64,000 nucleotides of DNA, taken from positions 16,740,001 to 16,804,000 of the forward strand of contig OZ059899.1 of assembly GCA_964057225.1 (NCBI GenBank). Reading direction: 5' to 3'. This document shows positions 30,001 through 40,700 of the stretch, piece after piece. Origin of the DNA: Auanema rhodensis. Lineage: Eukaryota > Animalia > Nematoda. The translations under genes and the position numbers were made by a program. Below the pieces are notes generated by a model, which was given only the letters and a program-made list of their open reading frames with translations, made no database searches and was not told where the DNA came from. Position 1 is the first letter of the stretch. Each line of letters begins with the position of its first letter.

Positions 30001-33000
30001 TAAACCTTTTTTCCGGAAAACTGAGAAGTCACAGCCGAATCTTACTTGGAATATCAGATTCTACACAACTGAATACCCAACCTAGAATTATTTATTTTTC
30101 ATTATAGTTGATGATTTTTGAGAAAAAGTGACAATCACCGGACACAACGTGCCTACAGCCTGAACTTTTTTGTGAACAAATCTTGTGGATGGGGTTGATA
30201 TAAACTTTTTTTCCGGAAAACTGAGAAGTCACAGCCGAATCTTACTTGGAATATCAGATTCTACACATCTGAATACCCAGCTAAGGATTATTTACTTTTC
30301 ATTATAGTTGATGATTTTTGAGAAAAAGTGACAATCACCGGACACAACGTGCCTACAGCCTGAACTTTTTTGTGAACAAATCTTGTGGATGGGGTTGAGA
30401 TAAACCTTTTTTCCGAAAAACTGAGAAGTTACAGCCGAATCTTACTCGGAATATCAGATTCTACCCATCTGAATACCCAACTTAAGATTATTTATTTTTC
30501 ATTATAGTTGATGATTTTTGAGAAAAAGTGACAATCACCGGACACAACGTGCCTACAGCCTGAACTTTTTTGTGAACAAATCTTTTGGATGGGGTTGAGA
30601 TAAACTTTTTTTCCGGAAAACTAAGAAGTCACAGCCAAATCACACCAAGTAATTCAGATTCTACACATCTGAATACTCCACTTAGGACTATTTAGTTTTC
30701 ATTATAGTTGATGATTTTTGAGAAAAATTGACAATCACCGGACACCACGTGCCTACAGCCTGAACTTTTTTGTGAACAAATCTTGTGGATGAGGTTGATA
30801 TAAACTTTTTTTCCGGAAAACTAAGAAGTCACAGCCAAATCACACCAAGTAATTCAGATTCTACACATCTGAATACCCAACTTAAGATTATTTATTTTTC
30901 ATTATAGTTGATGATTTTTGAGAAAAAGTGACAATCACCGGACACCACGTGCCTACAGCCTGAACTTTTTTGTGAACAAATCTTGTGGATGAGGTTGAGA
31001 TAAACCTTTTTTCCGAAAAACTGAGAAGTTACAGCCGAATCTTACTCGGAATATCAGATTCTACCCATCTGAATACCCAACTTAAGATTATTTATTTTTC
31101 ATTATAGTTGATGATTTTTGAGAAAAAGTGACAATCACCGGACACAACGTGCCTACAGCCTGAACTTTTTTGTGAACAAATCTTTTGGATGGGGTTGAGA
31201 TAAACTTTTTTTCCGGAAAACTAAGAAGTCACAGCCAAATCACACCAAGTAATTCAGATTTTACACATCTGAATACTCCACTTAGGACTATTTAGTTTTC
31301 ATTATAGTTGATGATTTTTGAGAAAAATTGACAATCACCGGACACCACGTGCCTACAGCCTGAACTTTTTTGTGAACAAATCTTGTGGATGAGGTTGATA
31401 TAAACTTTTTTTCCGGAAAACTAAGAAGTCACAGCCAAATCACACCAAGTAATTCAGATTCTACACATCTGAATACCCAACTTAAGATTATTTATTTTTC
31501 ATTATAGTTGATGATTTTTGAGAAAAAGTGACAATCACCGGACACCACGTGCCTACAGCCTGAACTTTTTTGTGAACAAATCTTGTGGATGAGGTTGATA
31601 TAAACTTTTTTTCCGGAAAACTAAGAAGTCACAGCCAAATCACACCAAGTAATTCAGATTCTACACATCTGAATACCCAACTTAGGATTATTTATTTTTC
31701 ATTATAGTTGATGATTTTTGAGAAAAATTGACAATCACCGGACACCACGTGCCTACAGCCTGAACTTTTTTGTGAACAAATCTTGTGGATGAGGTTGATA
31801 TAAACTTTTTTTCCGGAAAACTAAGAAGTCACAGCCAAATCACACCGAGTAATTCAGATTCTACACATCTGAATACCCAACTTAGGATTATTTATTTTTC
31901 ATTATCGTCGATGATTTTTGAGAAAAAGGAACATTCACCGGACACAACGTGCCTACAGCCTGAACTTTTTTGTGAACAAATCTTGTGGATGGGGATGATA
32001 TAAACTTTTTTTTCGAAAAACTGAGAAGTGACAGCCAAATCACACCAAGTAATTCAGATTTTACACATCTGAATACCCAACATAGGATTATTTATTTTTC
32101 ATTATCGTTGATGATTTTTGAGAAAAAGGAACATTCACCGGGCACAACGTGCCTACAGCCTGAACTTTTTTGTAAACAAATCTTGTGGATGGGGATGATA
32201 TAAACTTTTTTTTCGAAAAACTGAGAAGTGACAGCCAAATCACACCAAGTAATTCAGATTTTACACATCTGAATACCCAACATAGGATTATTTATTTTTC
32301 ATTATAGTTGATGATTTTTGAGAAAAATTGACAATCACCGGACACAACGTGCCTACAGCCTGAACTTTTTTGTGAACAAATCTTGTGGATGGGGTTGATA
32401 TAAACTTTTTTACCGGAAAACTAAGAAGTCACAGCCAAATCACACCAAGTAATTCAGATTCTACACATCTGAATACCCAACTTAGGATTATTTATTTTTC
32501 ATTATCGTTGATGATTTTTGAGAAAAAGGAACATTCACCGGGCACAACGTGCCTACAGCCTGAACTTTTTTGTAAACAAATCTTGTGGATGGGGATGATA
32601 TAAACTTTTTTTTCGAAAAACTGAGAAGTGACAGCCAAATCACACCAAGTAATTCAGATTTTACACATCTGAATACCCAACTTAGGATTATTTATTTTTC
32701 ATTATAGTTGATGATTTTTGAGAAAAATTGACAATCACCGGACACAACATGCCTACACCCTGAACTTTTTTGTAAACAAATCTTGTGGATGGGGATGATA
32801 TAAACTTTTTTTTCGAAAAACTGAGAAGTCACAGCCAAATCACACCAAGTAATTCAGATTCTACACATCTGAATACCCAACATAGGATTATTTATTTTTC
32901 ATTATAGTTGATGATTTTTGAGAAAAATTGACAATCACCGGACACAACGTGCCTACAGCCTGAACTTTTTTGTAAACAAATCTTGTGGATGGGGATGATA

Positions 33001-34343
33001 TAAACTTTTTTTTCGAAAAACTGAGAAGTCACAGCCAAATCACACCAAGTAATTCAGATTCTACACATCTGAATACCCAACATAGGATTATTTATTTTTC
33101 ATTATAGTTGATGATTTTTGAGAAAAATTGACAATCACCGGACACAACGTGCCTACAGCCTGAACTTTTTTGTGAACAAATCTTGTGGATGAGGTTGATA
33201 TAAACTTTTTTTCCGGAAAACTAAGAAGTCACAGCCAAATCACACCAAGTAATTCAGATTCTACACATCTGAATACCCAACTTAAGATTATTTATTTTTC
33301 ATTATAGTTGATGATTTTTGAGAAAAAGTGACAATCACCGGACACCACGTGCCTACAGCCTGAACTTTTTTGTGAACAAATCTTGTGGATGAGGTTGAGA
33401 TAAACCTTTTTTCCGAAAAACTGAGAAGTTACAGCCGAATCTTACTCGGAATATCAGATTCTACCCATCTGAATACCCAACTTAAGATTATTTATTTTTC
33501 ATTATAGTTGATGATTTTTGAGAAAAAGTGACAATCACCGGACACAACGTGCCTACAGCCTGAACTTTTTTGTGAACAAATCTTTTGGATGGGGTTGAGA
33601 TAAACTTTTTTTCCGGAAAACTAAGAAGTCACAGCCAAATCACACCAAGTAATTCAGATTCTACACATCTGAATACCCAACTTAAGATTATTTATTTTTC
33701 ATTATAGTTGATGATTTTTGAGAAAAAGTGACAATCACCGGACACCACGTGCCTACAGCCTGAACTTTTTTGTGAACAAATCTTGTGGATGAGGTTGAGA
33801 TAAACCTTTTTTCCGAAAAACTGAGAAGTCACAGCCAAATCACACCAAGTAATTCAGATTCTACACATCTGAATACCCAACTTAAGATTATTTATTTTTC
33901 ATTATAGTTGATGATTTTTGAGAAAAAGTGACAATCACCGGACACCACGTGCCTACAGCCTGAACTTTTTTGTAAACAAATCTTGTGGATGGGGATGATA
34001 TAAACTTTTTTTTCGAAAAACTGAGAAGTCACAGCCAAATCACACCAAGTAATTCAGATTCTACACATCTGAATACCCAACTTAAGATTATTTATTTTTC
34101 ATTATAGTTGATGATTTTTGAGAAAAATTGACAATCACCGGACACAACGTGCCTACAGCCTGAACTTTTTTGTGAACAAATCTTGTGGATGAGGTTGATA
34201 TAAACTTTTTTTCCGGAAAACTAAGAAGTCACAGCCAAATCACACCAAGTAATTCAGATTCTACACATCTGAATACCCAACTTAAGATTATTTATTTTTC
34301 ATTATAGTTGATGATTTTTGAGAAAAAGTGACAATCACCGGAC
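1..34343. repeat. 200-bp tandem satellite array, left arm (~172 monomers; continues beyond the window start)
   Basis: Near-identical units recur every 200 bp (occasionally 199), e.g. GACAATCACCGGACACAACGTGCCTACAGCCTGAACTTTTTTGTGAACAAATC. One monomer near 10201-10328 is 128 bp. The arm ends at the LTR insertion. Confidence 0.99.
34339..34343 (+). other. Target-site duplication CGGAC (left copy; right copy at 44577-44581)
   Basis: The satellite reads ...CAC CGGAC [element] CGGAC ACCACGT... A 5-bp TSD is typical of BEL/Pao integrases. Confidence 0.95.
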
Positions 34344-34792
34344 TGTGCTTGAGCACTCTATATTCCTAAAAAACCTTAAAAACTCTATCTTTTTCTAATA
34401 CTTCATAATTCTTTATAAATCTCTTTTAACTGATCAATATTCGTGTAAGTTGAACCTAAGGCTCTTTTTACTCATGACTCATAGGCTACTCATCCCCCAC
34501 GCATATCTCCGCAGAATAAGCATGAGATAACGTTTGCTTCTCCTCCCCCTTTTTGTATCTCTGAATTCTCTAAGTTAACATTATATCTTGCCTCTCGCGT
34601 TAGTATATAAGCCGAGAGGATTCCTCAAATTCTTATGTGTCAATAGTGTAAAAGAATTTATTCTTGTTACCGTTGCATAATAAATATTCTCTCCATATTC
34701 TCTTCGATCAAGAGCACTACAAAAATCTACCACTGAACCAACTATGCCACTGCTCCGCTCACCCATTTCTAAGGACACGACGGCGCAAAACA
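34344..34792 (+). repeat. 5' LTR (449 bp)
   Basis: Runs TGTGCTTGAG...CGCAAAACA and is identical by eye to 44128-44576. Confidence 0.98.
34603..34611 (+). promoter_or_regulatory. LTR TATA box (GTATATAAG)
   Basis: Fits the nematode-type GTATAWWAG consensus and lies ~70 bp upstream of the LTR AATAAA. Confidence 0.7.
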
Positions 34793-37700
34793 TGGTGCAT
34801 CAGGCCGAGCCTAGTGAAGCAGCCCGCGCCGAAGCGTGGATTGGAAAATGCTACCAACTATTGGAAAAGATTCGCGAATCGGACAACAAAAGGAAATCGT
34901 TCGTCAACCGAACGGTTAACTATCATTCTAACCGTGCCTCCAATATGATTGAAATTCGTCTCACGGAAATAAGATCTATCCAAGAGGACACCGAAGCAAT
35001 CCAAAACTTGATCGAGGAAATGAGAAACATAACGGACAACCTAACGGCAGAGGATCAAGAACGCCTAACCGCCAACGAGTGTACTCTCAGAAGACACATC
35101 AAATCTCTCACGGACTACAAAATCCATATCGAAGGACAAATCGAGTTTCTTCGCAACTCGAGACAAGATCAGGACCTGAGAGGAACAATTCCTCGTCTAC
35201 AAACTCCACAACTTGAAGAGTCAATTGGAGGATTTCCCTCGAACCAGGACACCAACATCAATCAAGGACATCCTATGATAGTCCAAGATAATTACCGCTA
35301 TCGCCAGACAGTGAAACCAGTTGACATTCCAAAGTTTGATGGTAACATCAAGAACTGGACCAATTTCTGGACACTTTTCAACCGGCTTATCCATACCGCC
35401 AACATACAGGACATTGAGAAGTTCAATTACCTTCGCCAATCACTCACGGGTGAAGCAGCCTCATTGATTTCCTCATTTTCAACTGATGAAGAGTCGTACC
35501 ACCCAGCGGTAAGCTACCTGAGAAGTGTCTACGATCACGAAGACAAAATTCTCCGATATCTCATGCTCGATTTCATACAACTGAAAGCGCAATCTCCGAG
35601 CAACAAGGACTTATTGCTCCTTATGAGAAAAATTAATGGGATAGCAAGACAAACTGAAAGGAACAATGAAGCTGCCCTCAATGCACTTGCCATCGTCCTT
35701 ATTCAACAAAAACTGCCTGGACACATCCTGCAAGAAGTCTACCGCTCAGGATCCAACTCGAACATGAACTGGAGACAACTAGTGGACAATACCGAAAAAT
35801 ACCTCCAACATGAACAAGAGGTTAAAAACATTTCATCGGACCTGCAGACGAAACCGGTTCCAAGAACCATGCATCAATCATACAACAGACAAAACTTTGT
35901 CACCAATAACCGTCCAAAACCGGATAACAAAAAACCTTCCGGTAAGCAAACCTCGAACAGCTGCATATTTTGTCAAAAACCACACGCCCCATGGACCTGT
36001 GACACTCCAAAGACAAGGAAAGAGAGACTGACCATACTGAATCAGGACAAAAGATGCATAAACTGTCTCAGAAAATCTCACGCAACAGAAGCATGCCCAA
36101 GCAAGCGCTTATGTTCGAACTGTGGAGGAAAACATATTGACCTTCTCTGCTTCAAAAAGAAAACGACAAAAGTCAACTTAACGAACAGCTTCCCCATGGA
36201 AGACGAGGACGAAGAGGAACACGTTATACAGTTTTCAACTCAAACGAAAACTAACCAATACCACAGCGCATTGTTACCCATTGGACAAATAGAGCTCCTT
36301 CATAAGGACAGGACCATATCAATCCCAGCCCTACTAGACTGTGGATCAGACACTTCATTTATCGACGAGGACCTATCTAAGGAACTGGAACTCCCAATAG
36401 TGGAATCCAAAAGAGTCAAAATCAAAACATTTGGTAACACAGCATCAATCGAAAGACTCAACAAAGTGGAAACAATGTTCAAAGGACACAATTCCCACAT
36501 CCTCGCACAACTTTGGACTAAGAAAGTCCTAACAGGACCTATTTCTACCGTCCGATTCTCTAAACCGACCAACACGTGCTACAAGCTGAACAAAAATATG
36601 AAGATAACTCCAAGAATCCTCATAGGATCTGACCTCATGTGGCAAGCATTAATCTCAGTCGAACCATTATCCAAGGAACACATGGTAGTACACACCCAGT
36701 TCGGAGACTTTATTACCGGCCAAGCCACAAACCAGAAGTCGTTGAATGCTCACTCAGTAATATCGGAAGACTTATCCATTTCAATTCCAATATGGAACAA
36801 AAGCTTTGTAGAAGAACAAAGCGAATTCACCGGAACAGAAGCTGAGGAAAAAACCGCCAGAGACAAACTAATTCTGGATCAATTCAAGGAAACAATCCAA
36901 CAAAAAGAAGATGGTTACTACGTATCATTCCCATGGAAAGACAACGCCCATCTACTCCCCGACAACAAAGTTTTAGCACTCAAAAGACTCACCAGTCTTG
37001 TACTAAAACTATCCCAACAACCAACATTACTCGAAGGATACAACAAAATAATTGAAGAACAGTTGGACCTAGGAATAATCGAAGAAGCTAAGGACCCTTA
37101 TCCCAACGCATACAGGATCCATTACATAGCTCACCAAGCAGTAGTAACTCCTCAGAAAGAGACTACTAAAATCAGGATTGTCTACGATGCTTCTGGACAT
37201 TATCAAAACAAGCCTAGCTTGAACGACGTCATACACCAAGGACCACTAATCTTACCATCACTAATTGGAATGATTCTAAGATTCAGATGCGGAAACACAG
37301 CTATGATAGCGGACGTACAAAAAGCCTTCTTACAAATTCGACTCCATGAGTCAGAAAGAGATGCTACTCGTTTCTTTTGGCTCAGAGATATTCATCAACC
37401 ACTAAGCACGGACAACACCAGAACTCTACGATTCTGCCGAGTACCATTTGGCATCAATGCATCACCATTCCTTCTCGGAGCCACCATACGACACCACCTA
37501 CAGAAGAAAAGCTCAGAAAGTCTTCTAGCACATAAAATCAAAGACAATCTTTATGTGGACAACTTACTCCTTGCCTCTGACTCAGCAGACCAAGTCAGAA
37601 TGTGGTATTCCGAAACAAAGGATATATTCCAGGAAATGAATATGAAACTCCAAGAGTTCATATCCAACGATCAGATATTCAATTCAAATCTGACTCCTGA

Positions 37701-40700
37701 AGAACGGAATGCCTCCACAACACCTAAAATATTAGGACTTCCCTGGGACACATTATCAGACCAATGGATAATTCAAGCTCAAATCCCGGAAACCAAGCTA
37801 ACAAAGAGAGGAGTCACACAAGCTATCGCATCAATCTTCGATCCAATGGGTATGATCTGCCCAAGTTTACACCCACTACGAATCTTCCTTCAAAATCTAT
37901 GGACAGAAAGTTTCGATTGGGACACTACACTACCAATGGAAATCCAAACCAGATGGAAACAATTATGCGAAAATTTTCACATCAACATAAGGATCCCCCG
38001 TCCCCTACCATCGGATACCAATGGACAATACCATCTGGTAACATGTACCGATTCTAGCGGCAATGCATTAGGATTCTGCTGCTACTTAATCGCAGCATCA
38101 ACACGACAATTAGCCTTAATATTCGCAAAATCTAAATTGCATTCCAAAAACTCAACAATAACAATTCCAAAGGCTGAAATCTCGGCACTAACGATTGGAG
38201 TTTTTAACACGCTAAAAATCGTGAAGGAAATACAGGACAACATCAAGATTCTAACAGCTACATTCCTCTCCGACTCAGAAATAACACTTGCTTGGATTCG
38301 CAAAAAACCAGACCAAAAAACGACAGGAGTTTTAGTACAGAACCGAATCAAGGAAATTTCTAATCACATTGAAGAGCTCGAAGATCTGGACATAAAAACT
38401 TCATTTGGATACATCCACACCAAAGACAACCCAGCGGACCTAGCCACAAGAGGCTGCACAACTGAAGAACTTGAGGATCACTTTTGGTGGAACCCAAAAG
38501 CACAGCTAGAAAAAGCTTTAAACGGACCTCTGTTTTCACTCTGTGACGAAGAAATACGGATACACGCAGCCACTACAGAAACAAGCGATGAAGAACCTTG
38601 GATATCAGACTGCTCATCCTGGATTGAAGCTCAACAAAAATGGATATCCGTACACTACCCACTCACAACAACTCATACGCCTTCCATGTATGAAGAAGCA
38701 GAAACCAATCTTCTTCACCTTCATCAAAACAATTTAATGGTCAGGCTATCAGCAGCCCAAAGGAACGATTTGCGACCTTTACTTAGAAACCATTTATGGT
38801 ATAGTAGAGGACGTATGAACAATGCTGAACTCGAAGAGAGTGCAAAACTACCGATTATAATCTTACCTAAAACAAAAACGGCAAGATTATTAATCGAACA
38901 TGTTCACGGACAACTCCACAAGAGCACAGCACACACAATGGCTGATATTCGCCAAAAATACTGGATACCGCAACTTCGCTCACAAACTCAATCCGTAATA
39001 AGGAAATGCCCTGATTGTCAAAAGATGAACAATCGGCCATACATCTACCCACCTTCAGGAGATGTACCAAGCAGACGTATAAGGAAAAGTCGCCCATTTC
39101 AACACGTTGGACTAGACTACTTCGGACCCATAACAACACAGGACCGAAACCAGAAAGCTTGGGGCTGCATCTACACCTGTACCGTCACAAGACTCATTCA
39201 CTTGGAAGTGATTGAAGATTTAACTACTAAATCTTTCTTGAGTTGCTTGAGAAAAATTTGGGCCAGACGAGGATGCCCAGAAAGCATCACATGTGACAAT
39301 GCATCTACCTTCGAGCTAGGACAGAAAATCGCCAACAAGCTCATCGTAACAGCCACTACTAACACTTCCGAGAATCAGCATCGAATCAAATGGTACAACA
39401 TAACTCCATACGCCCCATGGCAAGGAGGATTTTATGAACGACTCATAAGATCAGTAAAAAATGCCTTATACAAAACACTTCACGGCACACCATCAACAGA
39501 AGAATTGTCAATCACATTGGCAGAATGTGAAGCGACAATCAACACACGACCACTAACCTATATTGGATCAGACACGACCAGAGACGAAATCATTCGACCA
39601 TGCGACTTCATCCATAAGGACATAGATCTGAACATCTACATTGAATCTGAAGATGAAGATTCAGAATACATCGACAATCCAGCTCTTCAAACACAAGCAG
39701 ATACGGAACTAGCCTTACACTCTTCCCGTAAACGGACAAACAAATTTTGGGAACTATGGTCTGAACTCTACCTCAAAGAACTCCGAGAGTCTCATCACCA
39801 CACAATATCCGTGAAGAAAGCAGGCACCAACACAAAACCAGAAATTGGACAAATCGTTTTGATCAACGATAGCCCAATTCCTAGACACAAATGGCCAACA
39901 GGACGAATTACGAATATTCACCCCGACTCAGCGGGTAATATAAGGGAAGTCACACTTCTATCAGAGAATGGAAGAGAATTGAAAAGACCAGTCAACTTAC
40001 TACACCCAATGGAACTATCCACGGACAATATTCCACAAACTCTTCAGAAATTGGAAACTATAAGCCCCGCAGTCACTCAACGACAACAAAATCCTCGCAA
40101 TCTTGAAAGAAAATGGTACGGAGAAACTGCATCAATACTCACTCTTCTAACAATATTCACTATATTCCTACCTACAACGATGGCCAATCCAACTATCTCC
40201 TGCAATCCAAAGGGAGTCTTGATACAAGGAATGAACACGGATAATCAACAAGTATGCTCACACAACACTTGTTACAACAGTAGTGAAGGAGGATTGATAA
40301 CTCTTCCTCTTGAGGACATCCTATCAGACTACGAAGTAACTTGGACCTTTAATCACAACTCCAGACTACAATACATGACATTAAACTGTCCAGCAGTTCA
40401 TTTTTGCTCTACAGTGTCATGCACGTTCTGCTCAGCCACATTATTTAACCCATCTTGCTGGCCCTGGACCTCTATGTTACTATTCAGCTTCATAACCTAC
40501 ATAATCACAGCCATTTGCTACGGACTATTGCATTCACCATGGGTCATTGGAAAAGCCATCAGACTTTGGACCAACTTCATATACGCAATATGCACATCGT
40601 TATTCGGACAGCTATACATCCGGACAAATAGATTTAACAAGAAAACAGTTATCCCATTAATAACGCTTCTGTTAATTCACCAATCAATGGCTTGCCAAGA

